Shown here: one piece after another, positions 36,252 to 45,855 of the stretch
How positions within the stretch are numbered: the stretch's first letter is position 1
How the letters are laid out: each line of letters begins with the position of its first letter
IMG/VR virus record: IMGVR_UViG_3300045988_137032
Location: 197,693-261,692 of that record
Source: a virus
DNA length: 64,000 nt
Direction: 5' to 3' (one strand)
Position numbers and translations under genes: made by a program
Notes under the pieces: model-generated
What the model was told of the DNA's origin: nothing
The model's database searches: none
What the model saw: the letters and a program-made list of their open reading frames with translations, nothing else

Positions 36252-36941
36252 TCAAGACTCGTACTCAGAATTTAATAGATCAAGAAGTGCTCGCTTCATG
36301 TCGGCTTCCGACATGCCTGATTCGTATTCGTCTCGGTTTTTAAGTTCTTTCTTTACTCGCTTCTTGCTCAGATCCTGTACCCATCTACGACGACCAGCTC
36401 GTGTAGCCATCATCTTCTTGAAGGTATCCTGCTTAATATTCTTGACGATGTCGTCACACATCGTCAAGATATCAAGCTCTCTGTCACTGAGCTCTTCAGA
36501 CTTCCGTTTCAACGGTCCAGTCTTTTTGTAGTCATAAATCGTAAATCCAAGGAACTCACTCTTGACGTAATCAGCCAAGAGATTCAGGTATTTGTACTTA
36601 CGCTCATTATGGGCACAGACGAATACGATATCACAATCAAGTTCATAATATCCCTTGATCAGTGTGGCAATCAAGCCTTTATTATGATCGAGTTTCTCGA
36701 TGTAGGCTTTCGCATATTCACTTTCCTCGTAGTCCTTATGGTCAAGAATGATTGCAATATCCGGCATAAGGATACTTCCATTACAGACTCTTGAACCGAG
36801 GACATTTGTTTCACCTCTTGTAAAAGAACCCTTGACGATTTCTGAAGACACAATCACGAATTGTGTATCCAGAATCTCGTCAGGTGTTCTATCTACGAGG
36901 TATTTCGTGATGAGCGTTTTGCCATCCATGAAATACACCAT
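36252..36941 (-). CDS. hypothetical protein (basic C-terminal region)
   Basis: 229 aa. GGAAGGAG SD. Followed by a GC-rich terminator. Confidence 0.65.
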   Translation of the reverse strand: MVYFMDGKTLITKYLVDRTPDEILDTQFVIVSSEIVKGSFTRGETNVLGSRVCNGSILMPDIAIILDHKDYEESEYAKAYIEKLDHNKGLIATLIKGYYELDCDIVFVCAHNERKYKYLNLLADYVKSEFLGFTIYDYKKTGPLKRKSEELSDRELDILTMCDDIVKNIKQDTFKKMMATRAGRRRWVQDLSKKRVKKELKNRDEYESGMSEADMKRALLDLLNSEYES

Positions 36942-36961
36942 AGATGATTTTTTCTCCTTCC

Positions 36962-39900
36962 TTAACGACGACGAATCACAAAGCTCTGATCTCCACCATC
37001 GTTACTATTTTTATTCTGAGACTTTGCCTGATTAACCTCCCTCTTTACTTCCTTCCTGATGTTCGGGAAGTATTCTTCCACGGAATCATCATAATCATCA
37101 TCGTCCTCCACTTCATCCTCTTCAGGTTCAGGGGATTCTACGGGAAGACCGGCGTCAGCACGTTTCTTGTTAACGAATGCTTGTACCTTCTGGGCAATGA
37201 CATCAACCGTCTCGAAATCTTCGGTTTCATCCAATGCTGTAAAGAAGGTTCCAACTGCTGTTGCTAACTCATGTTTCGGATCCTCCGGTTCAGGTTCTTG
37301 GACAACTTCAGCTTCCACATGCTCGACAGGTTCGTCTGTCTTCACATCAGGAGATTCTTCCTCCGGATGCTTCTCATAGAACATGCCGACAACATCAGCA
37401 GGTTGAGACACAGGTTCTGTAGTGGTTCCTTCATCAGGAGTTTCCGTATCGGCTTCACTAGTATCCTCAAGGACATACTCAAAGATACTATCATAGAAGT
37501 TCGGATCCGTAACCACCTTGTTATGAGCAAGTGTATCAAATGTGATATCGGGAGTATTTAGAATCTTGGTAAACCGTTCTGCTTCCTCCTTACTATCAGC
37601 ATCGTCGATATGGTCCTTGATGTCATCAGACATCATGGACTTATCACGGAAGTCCTTGATGAATGCTTCACACATCACCTTGTTATTTTCACCGGTAACC
37701 ATTGCATCGAATACCGGAGAACCATTCAAGGTATTGAGGAAACTAAATCCATCCAGATCACTCATGATCTTGATATACTTCTTAAAGAAGGAAACCAGCT
37801 TTCCTTCCTCAAGAGCATACTGCATGGCTTCCATGAGATCAGATTCCAAAGAATCATCCAGATGATAACCAGCCACATACTTATTACCCAAACGGATACA
37901 CATATAATCCTGTGCTGGGATCTTAACTCCAGCAGTCATCGAATTAAACTGATCCTTCGTCAGGATAACAGCAGGACGGAAGTTAATGAACGACTCATAG
38001 AACCATTCAACGAATGCCGTGAAGTTTGCCATGATGATTTCCATGCTTGCGTCATTCTCTGTCATGATGGGATCATCCGTTGCTTCCAGATAATCGAAAT
38101 TGATACTGATGGTATTCACCGTATCGGACAGAGTAAAGACGTTGTCATAGTTGTCACCAAAGTGAGTTTCTGCCATGACATCGTAATACGGAGTATCCTC
38201 ATCCTCTGCATTAATCAGAAGATCAGGATCCGACTTCTCCTCTTCAGAAGTTGCCTCAGCAGGTTCCTCGGCAGGTTCTTCTGCAAACATGATTTCATCA
38301 CGTTCCGGTTCTTCCTCTTTAGTAGTTTCCTTCACAGGTTCTTCCTGCTTAATGGGAGGATAAACCACATGATCGTGACGAACACGGGAGTTCGATATAC
38401 CATTAAGCTCCGTAATGGTATACTCACCATTCTCATCCTTGTAATAAAGAGTTGCCCCAGTGCGGATGGAACCGTCGACGATATCCTCATCACAAACACG
38501 AGGAATATTCAAAGTTGCCTTCCGAGACTCGGTAGTCTTCTGTGCACGTGCCGCGGATTCCTTTACAGACTTAAGGATGTCGTCCTCACTATCGAACTCC
38601 TCAGACAGATGCTCCTTCTTGGCAGTAGTCGAAGTACCAAAATACTTGGCGAAATATCCAGCATATGCAGGAAGATCACCCAGAGCATACTTAATGGTCT
38701 CGGGATTCTTACTTGCAAAATACTTGAATACGTCATCAATTTTAGCAACCTGATTATCCTCAGGATGCTTCGGGCAACCATTCTTTGCATCCATCAGAGC
38801 ACGCATCATCTTACGATGATAATCATCAGGATCCATACCGGTAGGTGCTTCAGGTTCTACCTTTGGAGTTTCAACCGGCTTTTCTTCCGGTTCATCATCC
38901 TCATCTTCATCATCAGAGGTATCGAGGAAGCTATAATCATCAGCTTCCTCTTTACCAATGGTATCAGCGAGACGATGAGTATCCTTGGATGCCAGTTTAC
39001 CCATATCGACAACAGCATCATTCGTATCGATATTCTGAGAACTCAGCCATGCATCAAACTGAGCACTGTCATCGGACGGATCAAACGAATCGAGATCGAC
39101 ATCATCGTCGTCTTCATCTTCGTCCTCGTCATCCGAGGATTCCTGATTATTACGACGAATTCCGGTTGCGGTGAGTTCAGGAAGATCATCGTCATCATCC
39201 TCCTCTTCCTCATCGTCTTCGTCATCATCTTCATCGTCGTCATCGACCTCAAGAAGACTGCTGTCAATCTTCTTACGGTTATAACCCATAGACTGAAGAA
39301 TCTGATCATTCTCGTCGTCATCATCGTCTTCTTCCTCTTCATCAGAATCAGAGATGAATCCGAATTCTTTTGCAAGATCGCCATCCCAAGGTGCTTCTTC
39401 CTTGGGAGATTCCGTCTTCTTCTCCTTCTTCGGAGGTTCGGGAGTTGCAACAACTTCCTCTTTCTTTTCTTCAACCGGTTCAGGCTTCTCAGAAGGATTC
39501 AGGACACTTGCAAAATTCTCACGGAGAAGTTCAACCAACCGATTGGTATCTTCGGTATCCTCCTCATACTTGAAATACTTGTGGACATACGGTTTCGGAT
39601 TACCAAAGAAATCCTTATCATTCTTATGACGCTCTGCTTCCTTTGCATGACGGATTTCTTTCTCCTTGGCAATCTGCTTCTTGAGACAATCGATCTGCTT
39701 TTGGTTCACAGGATGACCAGTTGCGGCTTCAATCTCATCACACAGATTACCCAATGCTACGAGAGCATCGATATAGTTCTTTGCACGTTCCTGCTTAGAA
39801 GGACGCTGTGCATAGAGCGTATATGCCAGATAGTGAATGTCTTCCCGAACCGTAGGGTCGGGATTGACATACAAATTGGGATCGTTCCGAACGCTTTCCA

Positions 39901-39964
39901 AAATGCCGGTATAAAGTTCTTCCGGCAAATTGAATACGTTACGCTTTTTATGCTTCTTGGACAT
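36962..39964 (-). CDS. hyper-acidic 1000-aa protein (long poly-D/E tracts)
   Basis: AAGGAGGA SD. Runs such as 'SDSDEEEEDDDDDENDQ', 'EVDDDDEDDDEDDEEEEDDDDDLPE', 'SSDDEDEDEDDDDVDLDSF', 'TSDDEDEDDEPEE', 'EPEEDEVEDDDDYDDSVEE'. Confidence 0.75.
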   Translation of the reverse strand: MSKKHKKRNVFNLPEELYTGILESVRNDPNLYVNPDPTVREDIHYLAYTLYAQRPSKQERAKNYIDALVALGNLCDEIEAATGHPVNQKQIDCLKKQIAKEKEIRHAKEAERHKNDKDFFGNPKPYVHKYFKYEEDTEDTNRLVELLRENFASVLNPSEKPEPVEEKKEEVVATPEPPKKEKKTESPKEEAPWDGDLAKEFGFISDSDEEEEDDDDDENDQILQSMGYNRKKIDSSLLEVDDDDEDDDEDDEEEEDDDDDLPELTATGIRRNNQESSDDEDEDEDDDDVDLDSFDPSDDSAQFDAWLSSQNIDTNDAVVDMGKLASKDTHRLADTIGKEEADDYSFLDTSDDEDEDDEPEEKPVETPKVEPEAPTGMDPDDYHRKMMRALMDAKNGCPKHPEDNQVAKIDDVFKYFASKNPETIKYALGDLPAYAGYFAKYFGTSTTAKKEHLSEEFDSEDDILKSVKESAARAQKTTESRKATLNIPRVCDEDIVDGSIRTGATLYYKDENGEYTITELNGISNSRVRHDHVVYPPIKQEEPVKETTKEEEPERDEIMFAEEPAEEPAEATSEEEKSDPDLLINAEDEDTPYYDVMAETHFGDNYDNVFTLSDTVNTISINFDYLEATDDPIMTENDASMEIIMANFTAFVEWFYESFINFRPAVILTKDQFNSMTAGVKIPAQDYMCIRLGNKYVAGYHLDDSLESDLMEAMQYALEEGKLVSFFKKYIKIMSDLDGFSFLNTLNGSPVFDAMVTGENNKVMCEAFIKDFRDKSMMSDDIKDHIDDADSKEEAERFTKILNTPDITFDTLAHNKVVTDPNFYDSIFEYVLEDTSEADTETPDEGTTTEPVSQPADVVGMFYEKHPEEESPDVKTDEPVEHVEAEVVQEPEPEDPKHELATAVGTFFTALDETEDFETVDVIAQKVQAFVNKKRADAGLPVESPEPEEDEVEDDDDYDDSVEEYFPNIRKEVKREVNQAKSQNKNSNDGGDQSFVIRRR

Positions 39965-40012
39965 AATTACTTTCCTCCTTGTGTATATTCCTTATATGGA
40001 TATAATGTATAA

Positions 40013-40879
40013 TTATACCCCGGCAATCAAAGAATCAATGAATGCCTTTGCTTCTTCACGAGTCTTAGGACGCCGCTTTTCTTTCTCGGGAAGTTTACCC
40101 TTCGAAGTTTCTACTTCCGTTTCAACTTCAAAGTCCTGATCAGGAGATGTGAGCTTACGGACATCATCACCAACCATGATGTTTCCGATCTCTTTCTCCT
40201 CATCTGCTTTGGAAATACGACGTCTGATATCAGCGAACTCCCATTTCTTATGGCAGAATGGACATACAAGATGATTGAAATCCTGATCGAATTCCAAAGT
40301 CCCCTGATCTTCACAGGTACACTGGAAACCACGATAACTGAGGGAATAGATATATGCGAAATCCATAATACAGACATCGCCATTCTGTCTTGTTCCCCAG
40401 TTGACATAGTTTGCTTGGGATACACCGATATCGCCAATGAGATATCTGTGACTAATCTCAGACAGAATCTCTCGCATATCATCTTGAGCTGCGAGATATT
40501 CGTCATACGAGAAAATCGTCACATATTCAAACACTGCAAGGAGACCATTCTCCATGCACTCATACACCTTGACGACATACGGATAGAGTTTCTTTGCATA
40601 ATGAAACTCTCGACGATTATCCATTCTTCCTGCATCATCCAATGCAATCTTAAACGCATAACCGTCAATGAGAATTCCATAACGATTCGTTCCGTTACCC
40701 AGCGGAGTAAACGGAACATTGAACTCCTTCAGAAGTTCAACGATCTTCGGAGTCTTATCGTTATTATTGACATCATGGTTAATGCTGATCAAATACAGCT
40801 TAACCAAGAGCTCCATCGGGAAATACTGAAGAATACGAGAACGGAACGTCCTCATCTTCGATACCAGTTGCTTTGCCAT
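40013..40879 (-). CDS. atypical protein-kinase-like protein with C-terminal zinc ribbon
   Basis: 'LGNGTNRYG' (Gly-rich loop), 'YAFKIAL' (AxK Lys), 'YLIGDIGVSQANYVNWG' (catalytic-loop-like D...N, non-canonical spacing), 'CIMDFAY' (DFG-like), 'CTC...CPFC'. GGAGG SD. Confidence 0.45.
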   Translation of the reverse strand: MAKQLVSKMRTFRSRILQYFPMELLVKLYLISINHDVNNNDKTPKIVELLKEFNVPFTPLGNGTNRYGILIDGYAFKIALDDAGRMDNRREFHYAKKLYPYVVKVYECMENGLLAVFEYVTIFSYDEYLAAQDDMREILSEISHRYLIGDIGVSQANYVNWGTRQNGDVCIMDFAYIYSLSYRGFQCTCEDQGTLEFDQDFNHLVCPFCHKKWEFADIRRRISKADEEKEIGNIMVGDDVRKLTSPDQDFEVETEVETSKGKLPEKEKRRPKTREEAKAFIDSLIAGV

Positions 40880-40894
40880 TATACTTTGCCTCCA

Positions 40895-42235
40895 TTACTT
40901 GAAAAGATGCATATCCTCCGAATAATCGTCCAAAGAAGAATACTCATCAGCGCCAGACGCTTTCAGTAAAGCTTTCTCAGCTTTCTTTTTCTTCTTCGTC
41001 TTGTCTTTCTTTTTCTTCTTGCTCACAAGCTCATCATAAGACTTACCGGCTTTCCGAGCTTCCCGACGCTTATCGAGTTCTTCGATACGCTTCTTCAGCT
41101 TCTTATGCTCTTTATCTTCCTGCTTGTGAATCTTCTCGAGCTTGCGTTCGGTCTCACTACGAGGATCCATGAATGCACGGATATTGAAACCGCCTTCATC
41201 CAGTGCATCACACATCTCAGCATACTCGGCGCTCTGAGGAGACTGATACTTATCACGATACAGGATAGAGCCATGAGTATACTGATAATGAACCAGATCA
41301 TCATAACGCTTATCCAAATCATCGAGACTGGTAATCGGACCAGTGATATCAGGACGATCATCATCGTGCCAAATACCACGCTTACGGTCTTCTTTCTCAA
41401 TCTCTTCGTAATCGTCTCGCTTATCGTAAATACCGCCAATGCCTTGTGCGGTGATACCTCTGGACTTATTCCTCTTGGAATCATCTTTGATTCTAGCAAG
41501 GATTGCATCCTGGGTTTCTTCGCCCATCTCGGCTTTGAACTTCTTACGGTCTTTCTTGTCATTGACAAAGACTTCAACCTCTGTCGGATGACCTTCATAA
41601 GCCCGCTGAAGACGTGCTTCGATTTCAGGATTCGGAAGAATATCATCGGACTCCAGTTCATCCACGACGCCATTGATGTTATTCATCAATTCCTTCAGAT
41701 CCTTATTGGGATCATCAATGAACTGACGGACATAATTCCAATCAATCGTCTTACGATTCTTTCCGATATACGTAGGATAAGTGATACCAACAACTGTGAC
41801 ATCACCATTGAATGCACGCTCCCAGAAATCTCCAACCTCATAAGAGCAGTTCTGTGTTGCAACAAGTGCCATACACTTATTGCACTGACGAACTGCTCTC
41901 ACATATTCGTCGAGCTTATTGATCTTACGCTTTATATTACGAAGCTTAGAAAACTCCTGGTAATAAGTTTGACGAGACTCTTTCTCACTATCAGTAAGAT
42001 TATAGTCATCGTCTTCGCCGTAGTCATGGACTGCAACATGATCCATCATCCTTTCCAATTCTTTACGTTCGTTGTCGGTCAGTTTACGGAGTCTGATTTT
42101 AACCGGTTCTTTACTCCGCCTCTGAGACCGTCTGACTGCATCTTCAGCTTCCATCTTTTGGACTGCGTCCTTATCAGAGGAAACGGTTTCTGATGCGGTA
42201 CCAAGGTTAAACACCAAGGTATCCAATTCGCTCAT
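40895..42235 (-). CDS. highly charged hypothetical protein (poly-Lys C-terminal tract)
   Basis: Start moved from TTG (42244) to the ATG at 42235 (AAGGAG SD 9 nt upstream). 'KKKKKDKTKKKKKAEK' near the C-terminus. Confidence 0.65.
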   Translation of the reverse strand: MSELDTLVFNLGTASETVSSDKDAVQKMEAEDAVRRSQRRSKEPVKIRLRKLTDNERKELERMMDHVAVHDYGEDDDYNLTDSEKESRQTYYQEFSKLRNIKRKINKLDEYVRAVRQCNKCMALVATQNCSYEVGDFWERAFNGDVTVVGITYPTYIGKNRKTIDWNYVRQFIDDPNKDLKELMNNINGVVDELESDDILPNPEIEARLQRAYEGHPTEVEVFVNDKKDRKKFKAEMGEETQDAILARIKDDSKRNKSRGITAQGIGGIYDKRDDYEEIEKEDRKRGIWHDDDRPDITGPITSLDDLDKRYDDLVHYQYTHGSILYRDKYQSPQSAEYAEMCDALDEGGFNIRAFMDPRSETERKLEKIHKQEDKEHKKLKKRIEELDKRREARKAGKSYDELVSKKKKKDKTKKKKKAEKALLKASGADEYSSLDDYSEDMHLFK

Positions 42236-42286
42236 TTTATTCAACTCCTTAGATTTTAAAATGTGTGTGATATGTCCTACCTACGA

Positions 42287-42297
42287 ATATAATATAT
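42287..42297 (-). promoter_or_regulatory. promoter-like core ATATATTATAT
   Basis: Exact core 51 nt upstream of the ATG at 42235, between the AAA+ gene and the charged-protein gene. Confidence 0.5.
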
Positions 42298-42305
42298 CAA
42301 TGAAT

Positions 42306-43613
42306 TTATTCCTTGAATTCCTTCATCTGCTTGTCGATGTTGGCAAGGCACATAGCCTGAAGCTTTGCAGGAGAATACTTAAAGGGTTTTGCTTCAAGTT
42401 CTTCCTTGCTCAAAACATCTTCCAGCTTAAGGTCATAGACTTTGCACATCTCACGAGCGAGTTCTTCGTCAAACTCATTCATCTGGATATGCAGGTCAAA
42501 GCGGCCATAACGCTTCACAGCAGGATCAAGTTTATCGTAGTAATTGGTAGTAGCGACACAGATAGAGACAGGATACATCAGACCATCATTCGCTTTAAAG
42601 AAGAAGGTGGGAGGATTATCAAGGAACGACAAAACATTTGCCATTGCAAGGGAATCCGTCTTGGATGCATTCTTGTCATCACGTGCTTTGCAAACACAGT
42701 CTATATCATCAATAGAATAGATGATAGGAACCAGTTCACCATACGGAGCACTGATGTTGGAACTGACCTCAAACTTATTGGGAGAGATCGGCATAATGCG
42801 ATGGATGCTGAGATGATTTGCAAGTGCCTGACAGAAAGTGCTTTTACCAGTACCAGGCTCACCATAGAGGATAACAGACAGCTTGGAAATCATGTTATAC
42901 TTCTTATAGAAGTAAGGGATATTATTGACCCAATTGTCAATATACTTGATAACCTTATCCTTATCTCTCATGACAAGGCTATCAAAGGATTTGAATACGG
43001 TCTTCTTATCACCACCGTAGTCATCATCAGAGCGACTAGAACTGATGAAATAATCGGAAAGAGATTTCTCAGATTCCTTGATAAACTTCTCCTTTTCTGC
43101 GATAATGGAATCAAAGACTTCTTTCCAGTTCTTACCGATAATCCAAATATCGAAATGAATCATCGAATCTGCATCATAATAAGATTTCCGATCTCCACCA
43201 GATTCAATGAAACTAGAAACCTTCAGATACAGATAAGTTTTCTTACCGGCTTTCACATAGTATTCACCAGCTTCCAGAGTATTCCGGACCATATCACGGA
43301 GATACTCGGAAACATCAGCACGGCTATTCTTAGGACCGCCAGTCTCATAATCTTCGAGCTCACGGCGGTGCTTTTTCAGCTCAGGATCCAACTCAATCAT
43401 ACGGGAGCATACGATCTTATAGAACATCGCTTCCGTAGTATCCTGAATCAAATATGGATTGTAATTGCCAGAGATTTTCTTGGCAAGGTTATTAGAAGCC
43501 AGCATAGGGAACTTGGGGGTCACTGTGCTGGCTTCTTCCTCTTCAGACCCTTCATCCGGATCATACAAATAGAGGTCAAAAATACGATCTTCGATACCTT
43601 GATACTTACGCAT
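42306..43613 (-). CDS. classic-clade AAA+ ATPase
   Basis: Walker A 'LYGEPGTGKSTF', Walker B 'IIYSIDDIDCV', second region of homology 'ATTNYYDKLDPAVKRYGRFD'. Confidence 0.85.
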   Translation of the reverse strand: MRKYQGIEDRIFDLYLYDPDEGSEEEEASTVTPKFPMLASNNLAKKISGNYNPYLIQDTTEAMFYKIVCSRMIELDPELKKHRRELEDYETGGPKNSRADVSEYLRDMVRNTLEAGEYYVKAGKKTYLYLKVSSFIESGGDRKSYYDADSMIHFDIWIIGKNWKEVFDSIIAEKEKFIKESEKSLSDYFISSSRSDDDYGGDKKTVFKSFDSLVMRDKDKVIKYIDNWVNNIPYFYKKYNMISKLSVILYGEPGTGKSTFCQALANHLSIHRIMPISPNKFEVSSNISAPYGELVPIIYSIDDIDCVCKARDDKNASKTDSLAMANVLSFLDNPPTFFFKANDGLMYPVSICVATTNYYDKLDPAVKRYGRFDLHIQMNEFDEELAREMCKVYDLKLEDVLSKEELEAKPFKYSPAKLQAMCLANIDKQMKEFKE

Positions 43614-43787
43614 AATAATTGTCTCCTTTCATGATGGACAGGTATTCTTAATCTAAAGAATAGTCAAGTGGTATTTACTTTTCCATTGAGTAACACTCAG
43701 CTAAAGGAACTACATAGGTTGGTATTCTATTTCTCCATATAAATTTGGTCTCCTTGTGTTGACAGGTGTTCAACTTGTGTCGAAAAA

Positions 43788-43836
43788 GTAAGTAGCGTAG
43801 TGATTGACTATTAACGTCTTTCACTACGCTACTTAC
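43788..43836 (-). terminator. intrinsic terminator
   Basis: 15-bp stem gtaagtagcgtagtg/cactacgctacttac, then TTTTT on the minus strand. 5 nt after the stop of 43842..44507. Confidence 0.7.
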
Positions 43837-43841
43837 CTTAT

Positions 43842-44507
43842 TTATGCATGGGAAAGTTCTTCCATCGGAACTTTCTGAGGAAGCTGGAAACCATCCACCT
43901 TGAGATATACGAAAGAAGGAGTAAGCTTCGAGAGCATCTGTGCATTAAACTTTCTGCTCTCAATTGCTTTTGCTTCAAACTTATCAAGGATAGATGTATC
44001 ACCATCGTAATCAAAATAATCCGCATATTCGTCCATGAACTTACGGTAATTACCATAAATCAGATTAAACGGGATTACGATGTTATCGGAAAAATGCACC
44101 ATCTGATGCAAAGACTTGGATAGAGGAATCAGTCCAACCATATTCTCGTAATGAAGCTTCATAACTTCATCAGAAATATAAAGCTCATTCAAGGGAATAC
44201 CATCTTTCAAAAACCGATTCAGTACGACATTCGTGATATCGTACAGGGTAAACGGTTCATGATGGATTTCGATACGAACACGGTTGCCATTTCCATTCTC
44301 TACGTTGTTAAAGAACGCGCAATGATTCATATCGACATACTCTTTCAAATACGAGATGTAATCTCGATATTCCATAGAAGAACGAATGGTACGCTCACAA
44401 CGCTTAATGAACTTAACTTTGTCTTTTGCATTATTGAGTGTAACTGTGTATTCCATATCTTCCGGAGCTTCGAAAGTACGTGTTACAATTCGATCAATTC
44501 CAGGCAT
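43842..44507 (-). CDS. HNH-like (His-Me finger) protein, paralog of 33718..34392
   Basis: 'MNHC...RVRIEIHHEP...KLHYENMV...LHQMVHF'. 'FIKRCERTIRSSMEYRDYISYLKEYV' matches 'FIKGCERMVRTSDRYSKYIYYLKNVI' in the paralog. Confidence 0.5.
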   Translation of the reverse strand: MPGIDRIVTRTFEAPEDMEYTVTLNNAKDKVKFIKRCERTIRSSMEYRDYISYLKEYVDMNHCAFFNNVENGNGNRVRIEIHHEPFTLYDITNVVLNRFLKDGIPLNELYISDEVMKLHYENMVGLIPLSKSLHQMVHFSDNIVIPFNLIYGNYRKFMDEYADYFDYDGDTSILDKFEAKAIESRKFNAQMLSKLTPSFVYLKVDGFQLPQKVPMEELSHA

Positions 44508-44570
44508 ATAAATCAGCTCCTTTCACATAGACTAATGAATCTAAGGTCTTTAATAAGCTGTTTCTTAGCC

Positions 44571-45215
44571 TTACTTCTTAAACCAGTCTAACATCTGGAT
44601 GGTAAAGACTTCAAACTCATCTGGTACAAATTCTACCCAATCAGACTCAGGATCATATCCTTCCGGTTGAATTGTTTCACCGCGCTGTGGTGTACCACAT
44701 TGAGTATTGAGTTTCCATGCGGTTTCATATCCAAGATCATACAGAGCCTTTTGTAATTTGTGCTTGAATATCCACGGACAACTCCATACCATGTCATCAG
44801 AAATAAATCCTGCAAATTGGCATGCTTCGAGATTGTCACATACTCCTTCCATCTCAAGAATTTCATCCGCAGTAGCAAGGATGGTAAATGCTTTGGACTT
44901 ATCTGATCCATCATCTTTTGTAGAGCAGATATTGCCATCTTCGTCAACATATTTTGTATTTAGAGGATAATACTGAAGAAGCTTTCCTCTATTATCGGGA
45001 GTATTCGCAAATATTTTCCAGTCATCATTATCCATTCCTTTTGATACTTTCTCAATGTATAAGGACATATCTCTTTGAGATATAAACTCATCTCTGAGTT
45101 CCTTATCATTCGTGAATGCTAAAAGAGGATGGATATCCTCTGTGGTTGCACCTGCTTTCATACATCTACGAATATTCTCATTCGTATTCTTTCGGTAGAA
45201 CTTCCAAATCTTCAC
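44571..45215 (-). CDS. paralog-family protein, member 1
   Basis: GTG start (AAAGGA SD) overlapping the upstream gene by 38 nt; an ATG at 45161 is an alternative start. Shares 'LLAFTNDKELRDEFISQRDM' and 'KALYDLGY' blocks with the family. Confidence 0.6.
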   Translation of the reverse strand: MKIWKFYRKNTNENIRRCMKAGATTEDIHPLLAFTNDKELRDEFISQRDMSLYIEKVSKGMDNDDWKIFANTPDNRGKLLQYYPLNTKYVDEDGNICSTKDDGSDKSKAFTILATADEILEMEGVCDNLEACQFAGFISDDMVWSCPWIFKHKLQKALYDLGYETAWKLNTQCGTPQRGETIQPEGYDPESDWVEFVPDEFEVFTIQMLDWFKK

Positions 45216-45855
45216 GTCGAATCAATCCTTTCCGTAATAAAGGTCTGAATAAATCAAGATAGCATATATAAGAATCCGCATATAATTCAATGGCATCTCC
45301 ATAGCCGTCTGTAGAAATACCATAGCTATCATTGTCATATATCATGGTAGGGTCGTCCGCAGTTTGAATTCCATAATAATAGGTGTAACGCAATCTATCA
45401 AGAGCAGCATGATATTCTCCTTTAAACATATTTGGTGGATATACACTGAGATCAAATAATTGATCTACAGCAAATGTCTCAGATGTTTCATGAAGATCAT
45501 ATGCTTCTGCTTTTGTAATATACATAAACCCATCATCATCGGGATAATAGTTTTCAACCAACTGCTTTTTGAATCTAGCATACTCATGACGTATCTTGAA
45601 TTCTTTATATTCAGACTTTGTCATTTCTACTTCATATCCTTTGAATAACTCCATATTATGGAGAAATTCAAACTTTGAAGCAAGTTTCTTTTTCGTTGTC
45701 CATGCGTACAGATACATCATGTATCCGTCATATTGCTTACTCGTAAGCTTCTTAAAGATTGTGCTTATATAGAGAAAGCATTCTTGCTGCCATCTATCCA
45801 GAGTATTCGTAAAATCATCTGGTAGTGTCAAATAATAAATATAAACGGTTATCAT
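45178..45855 (-). CDS. paralog-family protein, member 2
   Basis: ATGA start/stop overlap with the upstream member. 'LYAWTTKKKLASKF', 'FKGEYHAALDRLRYTYYYG'. Confidence 0.65.
   Translation of the reverse strand: MITVYIYYLTLPDDFTNTLDRWQQECFLYISTIFKKLTSKQYDGYMMYLYAWTTKKKLASKFEFLHNMELFKGYEVEMTKSEYKEFKIRHEYARFKKQLVENYYPDDDGFMYITKAEAYDLHETSETFAVDQLFDLSVYPPNMFKGEYHAALDRLRYTYYYGIQTADDPTMIYDNDSYGISTDGYGDAIELYADSYICYLDLFRPLLRKGLIRREDLEVLPKEYE

Noticed and set aside
37610-40012. 800-aa plus-strand ORF
   Set aside because: It is the antisense shadow of the hyper-acidic gene (GAT/GAA codons read as ATC/TTC, giving an Ile/Phe/Leu-rich product). It has no SD, and its translation is monotonous and hydrophobic.
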